Source: Octopus sinensis (lineage: Eukaryota). Taken from it: 64,000 nucleotides of DNA. The DNA lies in contig NC_043006.1 of assembly GCF_006345805.1 (NCBI RefSeq), positions 2,170,001 through 2,234,000 of the forward strand. The letters are read 5' to 3'. The notes beneath the pieces were generated by a model. The model had not been told where the DNA came from. It did no database searches and saw nothing but the letters and a program-made list of their open reading frames with translations. This document shows, in pieces, positions 1-11,884 of the stretch (position 1 is the stretch's first letter; each line of letters opens with the position of its first letter). The position numbers and the translations under genes were made by a program.

Positions 1-183
1 AATTTTTCTCCTTAATATTTCTACATTTTCACAAATATGATTGTGATGTTTTTTTCATTGATTCTATAAAATTTTCTTTAATGAGGCTTCACTAGTCTCC
101 ATTTGATTCAATGCACTCGTCAAATATCTAAACTCTTCTCACCTGACACAATATCTCTCTCTCTCTCTTTCTCTCTCTCTCAC

Positions 184-202
184 CGGTACATATTGGTCAT
201 AG
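184..202 (-). CDS. Candidate 19-nt coding microexon of the minus-strand host gene (A-M-T-N-M-Y-R, phase 1 to 2)
   Basis: Minus-strand acceptor ttttctataaatacatcag| and strong donor CCG|GTGAGA; phase matches the single G left by exon 395-464. Very short, so a chance match is possible. Confidence 0.3.
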
Positions 203-394
203 CTGATGTATTTATAGAAAAATACAATGGAATATTTAACAAACAGAGCACCGTAGCAACAAAATAACGTAACACCAGACATCATGGTCAAACTATTTCT
301 TGAAAGCTAAATGAAGAAATCTGACGTCAATGGTTTTAAAAATATTTTGAGTTTGGTGATAAGAAGTCAAAGTCAGACACAACAACAATCTTAC

Positions 395-464
395 CGTGAT
401 TGTTGCTCTTAATCAGACGTTTATAAGGAAATTCTGCTAAATTCACTTCATCCAAAAGATAAGA
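395..464 (-). CDS. Candidate coding exon of the minus-strand host gene (SYLLDEVNLAEFPYKRLIKSNNH+G, phase 0 to 1)
   Basis: Acceptor tttttccattccag| and donor ACG|GTAAGA; only one of three frames is open; unique non-repeat sequence; TPR-helix-like pattern. Confidence 0.55.
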
Positions 465-680
465 CTGGAATGGAAAAAGTGTCTGGAAATGTTGATGGAT
501 CTGAGGAATTTATTTTCCCGAGCAAAATACACAAACTTATAAGGGAATATAGGAAAGTGTTCTTATATTTAATATTTAAAAAAAAAAGTAAAATAGTAGA
601 ATGTCCTCCTCCTCCTCCTCCTCCTCCTCCTCATCATCATCATCATCATCATCCACACATACACACACACACACACACAC

Positions 681-1122
681 GAACACATACACACACACAA
701 GCACACACACACACACACATCTATACATAGTTTGTGTTGACTGGGACTTCAAGTTATGCTTTAGCAAACAAAATGTAAAGAAAATTTGAAGTCCCAATCT
801 ACATGAATTTTACAGTAAATTTGACTGTACTCTATGTAGGTAGGTAGGTAGATAGATATGTATCTATATACACACAAACGCTTACACACACACACACACA
901 CGAACACATACACACACACAAGCACACACACACACACACATCTATACATAGTTTGTGTTGACTGGGACTTCAAGTTATGCTTTAGCAAACAAAATGTAAA
1001 GAAAATTTGAAGTCCCAATCTACATGAATTTTACAGTAAATTTGACTGTACTCTATGTAGGTAGGTAGGTAGATAGATATGTATCTATATACACACAAAC
1101 GCTTACACACACACACACACAC
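681..1122. repeat. Apparently exact 221-bp tandem duplication bounded by (CA)n
   Basis: 681-901 recurs at 902-1122; ORFs 576..797 and 761..1018 begin with the same peptide, offset by 221 bp. Confidence 0.95.
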
Positions 1123-1762
1123 ACGTCCTGCAAAGTGTCCAAGAGAAATCCTCTTCACCAAACCAGCTCGGTGAGATTGCCATTTTGGTTGTTGACCTTG
1201 TAACCGGTTGTACTGGGTTACATGTTGCCAGTAGCACTTGAGAGTGACCTGACACAAGCAACTTCTCTTTGGCCAACTTCCAACAGGTAAGTCAGTTGGA
1301 AGGCCACTCTCAAGCTTCAAAGACAACAACCCATAGACTGTGGTCAAAGTGCATCCAAGAAATTGACTTTATCAGATTTATCAATATTTATCTCTGACAT
1401 AATGAAATTAAAACATATTTCACAGTCACACATGTCTCACGTTTCTTTTGCGGTTCAATGTATATACTAGTCTCAAATTTTGGCTCAAGGCCTGAAGTTT
1501 TTGGGGAGAGGGAAAATTGATTACACCCACCCCAGCGTTCAACTGGTACTTATCTTATTGAGACAAATTTTCTATGGCTGGATACCTTTCCAGTTGCTAA
1601 CCCTTGTCTGTTTCCAAATGATGTAATTTTTCTTATGATCAGACATGATTTCTTGCAAGAATGGAAACAAAGGACACTACTGACATTAACATCTGTTTCA
1701 TAACTATCACATGATGTCAAAACAAGGAGACACAAATGCACAAACAGAGACACACGTACATG

Positions 1763-1794
<32 letters not shown>

Positions 1795-1812
1795 CACACG
1801 CACACACATGCA

Positions 1813-3120
1813 TACAGGGTGGCATCAAAAAGTTCCCAAACTAGTTATATTCAATAAAAAATAACTTATTAACCTAAGTTTTAATATCATTTCCTTCAAA
1901 ATAGACACCTTGCACAGCAATACACTGGTCCCAGCATTCCTGTCACTTTTGGAATCAAGCCTGGTAGTTGTTTTCTGTAAGTGAGTTGAGGATCACTTTG
2001 GATCTTGATGTCAATGTGTTAAAACGGCAACCTTTGAGCTGTATTTTCATCTTGAGGAAGTCTGCAGGTATTAAATCTGGCAAATGGAGTGAGTGTGGAA
2101 GTGATGCCATGCTGTTTTTGGTGAGGAGAGCTCTGTGATAGGGTGCATTGTTGTCATGAAGAATCCAATTCTTTGTGCTCCGGAGACCCAGTTGCTTTCG
2201 CTGAATGTCCCCCTTCAAATGCTTCAAAACATTGCAGAAGACCTTTCGATTCCCGGTCTGGCCCCGGGGGAGATGAATTCTTGATGCACAATACCACATT
2301 TCCAGGGGTGATGCTTGTGGTGGGTCTTCCAGATCACTCCTCATCTTCCAAGGATGCTCTTCCACTTCTGGAGCACCCATACCACTTGAAACATTGTTTA
2401 TGAAGCATGTTCAATGCTTCTATAGCATACTCCCCAAATTTAATGCAAAATTTCACGTTGGCTCTTTGTTCCAACTTCCTATCCAGGACAAAATTGCAGA
2501 CCACAGCATACACACGGTCACAAAACCAAATTTCACAGCTTGCAACTACCGTAAATCCTCAAGTATAGCCTGCCCTTGAGTATAATATGCGGGGAATTTT
2601 TAGCGGGCTGTACCTCTGAAAAACCTAAACCTTGTGTATAATATGCACTCCTTCTCTAACTTGAGTTACGGAGGTCTATATAACATCCTTGGTTTGTAAA
2701 AATGTATACAGTAATGTTCTTTATTGTTATTGTATATATAATATAATGCAAACGTGTAGCTTTTTTGTGCATTTTGTTTGCAGAAAATAAAGAAGTAACG
2801 GTAATAACTTTTAATAAATGTTGCTTATTGCAAGTTATGGATGATTCTTTTACGACTTCATTGCTTTCAGGCTTAGCTTAAGGTATTTTCGCACCCAACA
2901 TCACAAAATGCGTCTGAATAAACATTGCTAGACAGCAAATAGAGACTCAGACATTGCTTAGAAAATAATTTTCATTTTTAACCTCGTATATAATATGCAC
3001 TAAGGATTTTGACCTTTAAATTTTGGGGAAAAAATGTGGAATATACTCGAGGATTTACGGTATGTGCTGCCATTTGTTGGCATGCTACAGAGCTAGCCCG
3101 GGAACTTTTGATATCACCTA
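1813..3120 (-). mobile_element. Degraded mariner-family DNA transposon with transposase pseudogene, interrupted by a MITE
   Basis: ORF 1955..2380 resembles mariner transposase (GQTxN..VL..L, WILHDNNAPYH, LPHS..PDLIPADF, LKGCRF). Left end TA-CAGGGTGGCATCAAAAAGTTCCC matches right end GGGAACTTTTGATATCACC-TA as degenerate TIRs. Confidence 0.88.
2549..3060. mobile_element. 512-bp Tc1/pogo-type MITE nested in the mariner
   Basis: TIRs CCGTAAATCCTCAAGTATA / TATACTCGAGGATTTACGG (1 mismatch) flanked by TA at 2547-2548 and 3061-3062; no ORF. Confidence 0.9.
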
Positions 3121-3130
3121 TATATATTTT

Positions 3131-3452
3131 TAAGACCCACATTAGTCATGAACGGAGCATAGGATTGCACCCAGAAAGTTCTCCTTCAAGACAGAATGTT
3201 TATCGAAGACCAGCAGTTGCCATGCATACCACCCTCCTCTCTCTCCGCGCCACCAATGTTGTCCAAGGGAAAGGCAAAGGCTGATACAGCTTGGCACCAG
3301 TGACGTCGCAACTCATTTCTACAGCTGAGCGAACTGGAGCAACGTGAAATGAAGTGTCTTGCTCAAGAACACAACACGCAGCCCAATCCTGGAATCAAAC
3401 TCACAACCTCATGATGGTAAGCCCAAAGTGCTAACCACTGAGACTTATGCCT
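3131..3452 (-). mobile_element. tRNA-derived SINE, working family H
   Basis: Reverse complement aligns along its length with 36781-37120. Confidence 0.85.
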
Positions 3453-3455
3453 TCA

Positions 3456-3490
<35 letters not shown>

Positions 3491-3547
3491 GCATGAAACA
3501 ATTGTACTACACTACCTTGGATATCCTTGTGCTTATTTTGAGTGTAT

Positions 3548-3611
<64 letters not shown>

Positions 3612-5219
3612 GAGGAGGAGGAGAACGAAGATGAGGGAGAGGAAGAGAATGAGAGGCAGGCAAAGAATGAGGAGGCAGGAAGGAAGAGGAGAATGAGGAG
3701 GAGGAGGAGAACAATTTTCCTATTTGCAACCGAGTATACCCAAGAAGCTATTGGATACCTGCTGTAGCATTTTAACCACGGGTCTCCCCATCATTGACTG
3801 GGTATATCCCACAATACAGTTATTGTTCACTGGAGTGTTGTAACTCTAAATTTTAAAATAGCCACTAGATTGGTATTCCTCATCCTTTTTAACATCAGTT
3901 TTCCCATCAGAAATTTATGCCAGAGACTTTAAGTAGGAGAATTTGTCACTTTGACTTTCATCTGATTTACAAATCATAATAAAAATATTATTTTTGTTTT
4001 TATATTCATACTTCATCTAAAACTTGCCACTGGCAGTCTCATCCAGAAGAAAAGAAAAAGGAAAGAAAAAAAGGAGTGTTTTTTTTTCTCTCTTGAAAGT
4101 TAACACTAAGGGAATAATCCCTCCAAAATGTTTTTCCATAGAAAAGTCCCTGATTAAAACTTTGATCCAAGACTTTTCATTCTGATTTCCCCATCTAAGT
4201 TCTACAATTCATTTTTGCTTGATCTTTTTTTTTTTTTTTGCAGGGTGTTTTTGATTCTTCTTTCCTGGGCCATGGTACTTTAATGAGGTTTTTATTTTTT
4301 CTCCACCATTCCATCAATGGTATACCATTCAGATACGAAATGGCCATGTCATTTGACAATACTTAAGATTGTATTTCTACTAACATCAAAACCAGGAAAT
4401 CTAGTGCAGTTCTGACTTTGTTCTTTCATGGCATTATAAATTTGTCCTTTGAGAATAGACTGCCGTTGATGTTAGTCTTATTGTTATTCTTCATCTTGTT
4501 GTGGCTTTCATTGACCAATCTTGTTTTTGTTGCTGGTAATTCCATATTCTTTTTTTATTCTTCAGATTATTATAAACAATTGTTCCATTGTTTTTCCTTC
4601 TTTTAATTCCTCTATTTGCTTTCATTTCAAGTTTTTCATTAAACCAATAGTTTTAAGGAGTCTTCCAGGTCCTCTGCTGTCAAAAGTATTCTTTTTTTTT
4701 TTAAATCATCTTTCATCCTTCCGAAATTATCCTATCAGAAATTGTCACATAGCAAAGCAAGAACTTCTGTCAGTTTGTCAGCTTTTTCCATTTTTTTTTT
4801 CTTTTTCTAAATTTCAAAAGTAATAATAAAGTATGGTCTTGAAATGCTCACTTGGAAGAAGAAATTTGATAAAGCAGCAGCAGCAACATTTGTCTCTGTT
4901 GCTACATACAGTGTAAGTTTTAGATTTCAAAGCTTCTATAGAAAAGGGGAGAAAGAAAAAAAAAAAGAAGGAAAAGTTGTTGAAAAAAAAGATAAAATGT
5001 AGCAAACAAAACTATAAAACAATAAATACATGGATTATACAAACTAACTCAACCAAATCATGTTACTATGGTTACCTGTTCTGTTCTTCAAAACATCATC
5101 ATCATAGACAATGACAGAAAGAAGAAAAGCAAATGATTAAAATGAAAGAAATGAAAAGGCAATGATGAGAAAAGATAAAAGTGTGAGAAGTTCTGGTAAC
5201 ACCATTGGGGACTGGTGGT

Positions 5220-5267
5220 GGTGGTGGTGATGTATGGAGATAATGAAAGGTGATGAATATGGTGATG

Positions 5268-5304
<37 letters not shown>

Positions 5305-5865
5305 CAGTGGTGATAACAGTGAAGACAATGAAAGGAATGGTGATGATGTGGATGCGGAAATGAATGAGGATGACAACAACGATGATGGCAATGATGATGA
5401 TGATGATGAGGATAATGACAATGGAGAGCTGTGACAATGATGACTCTGGACCTTGTCATCATCATCGTTGTCATCACAGTCATCATAGTCATCATCATCG
5501 TCGTCGTCGTTGTCGTCGTCATCATCATCATCATCATTGTTTCAACATCACCTTGTTAAACATTACCATAAAATAGTCAAGCTGGTCTGCAGTACCAGGT
5601 ATTATCAAACATCACTGTCTTTCATCATGGTGTCTGTCATCATCATCATCATCATCATCGTCGTCGTCGTTGTCGTCGTCATCATCATCATCATCATCGT
5701 CGTCGTCATCATCATCATCATCATCATTGTCGTCGTCATCATCATCATCATCATCATCATCGTCGTCGTCGTCGTCGTCGTCATCATCATCATAATCATC
5801 ATCACTGGCAGCAGTGTCATCGTTGTGATTATTGTCGTCATCATTCTCATCATGATTGTCATCAT
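5220..5865. repeat. Compound (GAT/CAT/CGT)n trinucleotide microsatellites
   Basis: Direct reading; source of the poly-D/H/M/I ORFs; right end joins an RTE 3' tail. Confidence 0.95.
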
Positions 5866-6060
5866 TTAACGTCTGCCTTCCATCCTGGCATGTGGCAGGC
5901 GGTTTGACAGGAGCTGGAAAGCCAGAGGATTGCACCAAGCCCCACTGTTTTTATTTTAGTATGTTTTTTTTTACAGCTGGATGCCCTTCCTAACACCAAC
6001 CACTTTATAGAGTGGAATGGGTGCTTTTTACGTGGTACCAGCACTGGCAATGTCCGTTAT
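5862..6060 (-). mobile_element. 5'-truncated RTE-clade LINE 3' end
   Basis: catttaacgtc...catgg...acagctggatgcccttcctaa motif, as in the 3' UTR of the long RTE at 59815-61648. Confidence 0.85.
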
Positions 6061-6339
6061 TCTCAGATCTAAACCTAGCAACCACATATTCTTTGCAGAT
6101 CCTATTGGGGGGGGGGGTCTTCAAAAGTATGTATGCCACCTCCCGCTGCACGTAATTCAATGTAAAATCAAGAATCCAGTGTTTGAAAACTGGATGTTAG
6201 CATGTAGATGCAACATGTAGGCAGTATAGATTACTTGTATCATCATCACCACCACCACCACCACCACCACCGCCACCACCACCACCACCACCGCCACCAC
6301 CACCACCACCACCGCCACCATGACCACCACCACCACCTT

Positions 6340-6582
6340 TTCTACAGATTGAGCAGGGCCATCTACCTTGAAGGGATTTGTGATTTGTCTGCCTTCCTAC
6401 TTACTATGACTTTTGTTTTTGCTAGGTTAACTCTAAGGCCCTTTGATTCTAGACCTTGCTTCCATACCTGGAACTTCTTCTCTAGTTCAGGTGGTGATTC
6501 AGCTATAAGAGCAAAGCCATCAGCATACAGGAGCTCCCAGGGGCAGCCTGTCTGGCATTCCTCTGTTATTGATTGGAGAAAT
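6340..6582 (-). pseudogene. RTE-clade LINE reverse transcriptase fragment
   Basis: Translates LQSITEECQTGCPWELLYADGFALIAES..KGLRVNLAKTKV..GRWPCSICRK; YADD-type motif; same family as 59815-61648. Confidence 0.9.
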
Positions 6583-6786
6583 ACATACATACATACATAC
6601 ATACATACATACATACATACATTCATACATACATACATACATACATACATACATACATACATACATACATACATACATACATACATACATACATACATAC
6701 ATGCATGCATACATACATATATATATTATATACACACACATATATATATATATACACACATACATATATATGTATATATATATATA

Positions 6787-7817
6787 AACTTGAGGAATTT
6801 AAAATTCTATTAAATGGAATAAATGACAATATACAATTTACGATGGACCACAACGAAAAAGAATTACCATTTTTAGACATCCTCATTAAGAAAACCGGCA
6901 ACAAAATAGAGACAGATATCTACTATAAACCGACAGACTCTAAACAGTACCTACCCTTTGATTCATGCCACCCACGACACACTAGAATGAATGTCCCTTT
7001 TTGTTTAGCTAGAAGGATTTGCACCATAATATCAGACACAAACACCCGACACACACGTCTCCAGGAACTTAGAACCACACTCACAAATAGAAACTATCCA
7101 CAGCCCCTAATAGACAGTGCAATCCAACGGGTACTTAAATTAAGTATAGAAGACCTGAGACAAACAAAACCAAAAAAGAAAGAACAATTAAAAACCCTTC
7201 CCTACATCTCTACACACAACCCACTCAACAATGAGGCCTTCAACACCATACTACAAAGCACAGCCCTACTAAAGGGAGACCCAAAGATGAACCGGATCCT
7301 CGAAACACACACCATCATTAAAAGTAAACGGCAACCAAAATCCTTGAAAAGGATTTTAACCCAAGCTACACTGCACTCAACATCAACCACAAAACCAGCA
7401 GTTAGAAAATGTGGAAGGCCCAACTGCGGAATCTGTGTCATCTTGAAAGAAGGATCAGAATTTATACTGGAACAAGGCCACCAGTTCACCATTAGAACAA
7501 ACTTCACCTGCGCATCAGAAAACTTAATTTACGTCATAACATGCGCAGGCTGCAATAGGCAGTATATAGGCCGTACAAAAAATAGCTTACGTAACAGGAT
7601 GGCGGTGCATAAATCACAAATTAGAAACCCTGATTACCGCAAAATACCGGTCAGCGGACACATAGATAGATGTGCTGCAAATGTAAATCCGAAATTTACA
7701 ACTAACCCGCTCTATAAATTCAGTGACAACGCAACCTTCACACAACGCCAAAATAAAGAACTATATTTCATTAAAAAATTTAGACCAAGTTTAAACACCC
7801 TGGGCCAGGAATACTAA
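6787..7817 (+). CDS. 5'-truncated Penelope-like element ORF (RT C-terminus/thumb + GIY-YIG endonuclease), Neptune-like
   Basis: About 340 stop-free codons: LPFLDILI, DIYYKPTD..YL...SCHP, linker CGRPNCGIC, FTCASENLIYVITCAGCNRQYIGRT (GIY-YIG), H..RC, ELYFIKKFRPSLN. The N-terminal 70 aa of the tracked ORF is only (TACA)n. Confidence 0.93.
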
Positions 7818-8131
7818 AACAAAAGATAAGTCCTCCGAAAGGGAGAAGCGGGGTTCCACCACGGCCGCTGCTTCAAACAGACACTCACTCTGACGGAAAT
7901 ATGCCTTAGTAAAAAAGGAAAAAAATTCTTTCGTGCAAATCTGACCCTGATACATACGATACAGCTAAGGGTCAGACCTGATTCTGATTGGTCAACAAGT
8001 TGATGACGTCTAGCTCTGCTAGAATGGACAGGATACAAACAGGGGACAGTCATTAGTCAGAATATTGATGACGTCCTTTTCTGCTTGAATAGTCACCTAA
8101 CAAGTACAGACAGGGGGCAGATCTAATGTAG

Positions 8132-8420
8132 CTATAAGTCGTGATTGGGCAGAATCTGGATGACGTCCCGCTCTGCTTGACTAACGAAGCGACTGGTCAA
8201 AACAGGAAACAAACAAGAGGCAGATATAATGCAGCGATTGGTCAAAATAATGATGACGTCCCGTTCTACTTGACTAACGAAGTGACTGGTCAAAACAGGA
8301 AACAAACAAGAGGGAGTTATAATGCAGCGATTGGTCAAAATAATGATGACGTCCCGTTCTACTTGATTAAAGCCACCTAACGAAACGATTGGTCAAAACA
8401 TTGATGACGTCACGCTACGC
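8132..8420 (+). repeat. ~3 copies of a 93-bp unit carrying ATTGG and TGACGTC motifs
   Basis: TGACGTC at 8161, 8254, 8347 (93-bp period); more degenerate units at about 7985-8130. Confidence 0.9.
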
Positions 8421-8475
8421 TAGATTGACCACCTAACAGGCATTATAAAACCGAGCATTTCACAAAAACTCACTA
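8250..8475 (+). promoter_or_regulatory. Putative Pol II promoter in the PLE pseudo-LTR (CCAAT/CRE array, TATA box, Inr-like)
   Basis: Repeated ATTGG (reverse CCAAT), full CRE TGACGTCA 8405-8412, TATAAAA 8444-8450, TCACT 8470-8474 about 28 nt downstream. Confidence 0.55.
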
Positions 8476-9271
8476 GAACCACCCAGCGAACTTCCACCAT
8501 GGATCATCACAATTGCTTAAGGTAAAAATGAATTCCTCGCTCTTTCGGAACATCAATCTTCTGTATTGACCGCTTTCCACCACTTTGATCTGTTTTTTGT
8601 ATTGAATACGTATCGCCACCGTGGGCCACTGCATCGAACACTTTGAACATATACTTCAAACTATATATCAACTATACATGAACTCTAAGATGTCTGACTC
8701 CGTTGTGTATTATAAATGAATTTCTTGTGTTTGACGGCATGAGCTGTCTTTTTTTATATATAACTTTTTTTGATAAGGTTCATTTCAGGAACTGAAACAT
8801 GTTATAATGTATATATAAAAATTAAAAATTGTATAATACAGCAGCATTTTCGAACTTCATTTTTTACAAATATATATATATATATATATACATAGATATA
8901 TATGTATATATACACATACACACACACATACATATAGACAAGGTGTCCATAAACTATCTTTATAACTTCTATAATTTCTTGTTTCTTTCAAAGTTGAGAT
9001 CCACCAATCAACTTCTTTGCATGTTAAATAAATATTATTCGAGTGTTCTGATGTTTCTAGTAAAACTTTATTTGTCTGCCTCTGTTTTCCAATAAACTCT
9101 GCTCACTTATCCTAATGCAAATTCCAACTTCAGCAGCAATATCTTTAAGCTTCCACTTCTTGTCTTGTACTTTTCCAAGAATTCAATATATATTAAGACT
9201 ATTATTATTCCTGAACTTGTATTTTTCTTGCTTGTATAGGTATGCATGTATAATTTTATATAAATATCAGA

Positions 9272-9314
<43 letters not shown>

Positions 9315-9730
9315 GATCTAATTAACGAAGTTTATAAGGCAAACTATCTAATCTCTGTAATTTATTCCTTGTGCAACCACACCACCAATCAAAACTCAGC
9401 TGCTGTCTCTGGTTAATTTGCAACTTTCCCCTTTTTCTCCTGATAACTGGAACAGGCCATCAAGGTAAGCACTAAAGTTCATTGTTACCATTACTTTTAA
9501 AAATATTGGGCAAAATGCTGTTAGGTAGCCGCACACACTCTCCTGGAATTGAACAGCATGCACTTATCATGGCCCCTTAAAGATTAAATTGTAGATTCAT
9601 TTATATTGTCATGCTTCTTCCATTTGGACACAGCAAATAGCTTTTAGCCCCTCATGTCTTGGAGAATATGCCTTAGCACTGATTAAATCACTCTCAAAGT
9701 TTCTTATCAAAGAGATGGTTGAGTGCCATT

Positions 9731-9965
9731 CTTATTTCTTTACTGCCCACAAGGGGCTATACACAGAGGGGACAAACTATGACAGACAAACGGATTAAGT
9801 CGATTATATCGACCCCAGTGCGCAACTGATACTTAATTTATTGACCCCAAAAGGATGAAAGGCAAAGTTGACCTCGGCAGAATTTGAACTCAGACCGTAG
9901 TGGCAGATGAAGTACTGCTAAGCATTTCGCCCGGTATGCTAAGGTTTCTGCCAGCTCGCTGCCTT
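9731..9965 (-). mobile_element. SINE, working family C (tail type 1), with ~20-bp TSD
   Basis: Matches 56338-56572; flanked by atggttgagtgccattctta / atggtcgactgccattctta. Confidence 0.88.
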
Positions 9966-10171
9966 GAATGGTCGACTGCCATTCTTACCACTGGCATATT
10001 AGTCTTGATGCCTTTTCTCTTCAAATCTGATGCAAAACTTTCTAAATAATCTACAGTTTTCTAAAGCTAACTATTTGCTGTATTCTATGAATTCCGTTGT
10101 AAAGGCTTTCTTAAAAACAACCTCCTATGGGTTTCTGATGATTTCTCCTGTCAACTCAATGCTTAACAAGT

Positions 10172-10450
10172 TCATTTTTTCATGCTAAGAGTTTCTGAAG
10201 CATGGAACAAACTGCTGGCATCAGTTGTTAGTTGTTGGAGCACTGCATCCTTCAAAACTTCCATGCTTCCTGAGATTCGCCAACACTACACCTGATTTTC
10301 TCCCCTCCATACACACAAGCAAGCATGTATCTGACTCATACACTGTTCACTTTCCAGACATTTGCACATTACTGCATATGCTTTATACGCACTTTTGACA
10401 AGTTGTGGGGCACCTGAGCACTGTATACAATAATTTCATTATTATTATTA
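10172..10450 (+). mobile_element. CR1/L2-type LINE 3' end with (ATT)n tail
   Basis: Translates FFMLRVSEAWNKLLASVVSCWSTASFKT, matching the CR1 C-terminal FF..RV...WN.LP..VV....FK pattern. Confidence 0.75.
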
Positions 10451-11671
10451 TATATATTATATATTCATTAATTTGGGCAATATAGGCTTTCAACATTGGG
10501 AATGCTGTGCTTAGCTTCTAGGTTGTTTGTGTAGGTTACAGTCTGTTTAGCTGACCAGCCAAAATTATGGATGCTGTAGCTATTCATTTCTGCTGACCAA
10601 GAAAATACTCTTTGTAGATGATCCAGTGGGGTTTGTCTAACTCAGTACTGGCACATTCAGGAAATGTGGCTGATACCTGTCAGGCAGTTGGAAAGGTGCT
10701 GAGCAGGGTTGCAAGGCTTTACACTCTTCTTGTATGCAATCCCAGTGTGCTTCCAAGATGCCATTCTAGTCACTCACAAGTGCTAATCGAAGGACATTTT
10801 CCAAAACCCTTCTAGACATCTGAAGAAATTTGACAACCTTGTCCTAGTTGAGGCACAAATGACTTCTGGTCTCAAAGCAATGCCTTTGCTGTGGCTTCTA
10901 TCCAGGACTTACTATTCGGGTCCAGGGAGATCTTTTGCTTCCCAAAATACAGACCTTTTTGAAACAAGACTGCCACTAAACAGAAAATACAGTATAGTTG
11001 GGAATTGCTGCAATTTCCTGGTCCCCCATGTGGGCTGTAATTCTCTATTGGTGTGCTACATCGCCAAAATTATGGTCTTCCTTGATCCCAAACAGATGAA
11101 CATGGTATCATCATCCAACCTACTAGAAATAGCAGCTAAACATCTCTCTAATCATACAGCAGTTAATGATGTACTGGCTGATATGATCTAAAAGACAATA
11201 CTATGTCCGAAAAACATGCGTAAATCTGGCCTATGATTGAAAGATATTCTACCCACAACTGTGGAATGGCCATAGCTTGAATGTCTTTGGAACTTTGGCT
11301 TAATTAACCAGAGGCTAAACAACAACACTCTTAACATAGACCACTAATCAGCTTCTATGTGGTTGTTCAATCTGTTAGAAATAGCAGCCTGATCTCCCTC
11401 AAATCACATTTTCTTAAAAAAAAATAGGATACATTGGATGGCATGATCCTAACTTCCTGTACATAGGAAAGAGACGAAGTGGTCACAGCTGGAATGTCTT
11501 TAAGTGGAAGGTTGTTGTTCAATTTTGGTTGATACAAGGGTAACACAAACGTATCTGTAGCAGTACCAACAGTGCAACTCACAATTACACCACAACCCCT
11601 GCCAAAAGCTGCAATAACTATACCACCACCACCACCACCACCACCACCACCATCACCACCACCACCACTAC

Positions 11672-11771
11672 CAGCAACAGCCGTTCAAGGATTTGAACCT
11701 GGAGATCTCCATTTCCAGCAACTTCAAGGGCCACTTCCCAGTGGTGTCGGGCATCAATGAAGAGACCTCGA
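11672..11771 (-). CDS. Candidate coding exon of the minus-strand host gene (RGLFIDARHHWEVALEVAGNGDLQVQILERLLL, phase 2 to 0), TPR-like helix
   Basis: Strong acceptor ctttgttcgtcttgttgtag|; G-rich first codon positions; 100-bp complex island between repeats; donor CTG|GTAGTG is weak (alternative CAG|GTTCAA ends exon at 11699, same phase). Confidence 0.55.
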
Positions 11772-11884
11772 CTACAACAAGACGAACAAAGTTTTTTTTC
11801 TTTTCCAAGGTCTGGGGTCTCCTGCCCCTAAGCCCTAGACCCTCACCTAATCACCCTTACCCGTCTTATTGCTTAACAACAACA

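Larger units (their letters stand above)
6787..8815 (+). mobile_element. Penelope-like retroelement including a downstream pseudo-LTR-like region
   Basis: ORF followed by ~1 kb of complex, microsatellite-free sequence with internal repeats; inserted next to (TA)n; 3' boundary approximate. Confidence 0.7.

Noticed and set aside
395-464. LLDEVNLA as an AAA+ (midasin-type) Walker B motif
   Set aside because: Flanking residues and the upstream exon do not fit an AAA fold and no Walker A is seen; no gene symbol assigned.
1130-1380. Plus-strand perfect donor CAG|GTAAGT near 1288 (and the one near 4912)
   Set aside because: Upstream frames are short with stops close by and no convincing partner exons; isolated consensus donors are common in 64 kb.
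3780-4810. Degraded minus-strand coding-like tract (MEKADKLTEVLALLCDNF.., FDVSRNTILSIVK.HGHF..)
   Set aside because: Many stops and frameshifts and no motif I can name with confidence; may be an old LINE ORF1 relic.
8132-8420. 93-bp repeats (and the 13-bp array at 46473) as CRISPR arrays
   Set aside because: Units are contiguous with no unique spacers, no cas genes, and the DNA is eukaryotic.
9380-11560. Complex non-microsatellite sequence around the SINE and CR1 pieces as host exons
   Set aside because: All frames I tried are interrupted, and part (about 11100-11500) recurs at 45310-45500 and 62250-62300, so it is old repeat material.
11681-11809. Plus-strand reading PFKDLNLEISISSNFKGHF (ORF 11693..12100)
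   Set aside because: Poor acceptor and very high GC3 for an AT-rich genome; better explained as the antisense shadow of the minus-strand exon.
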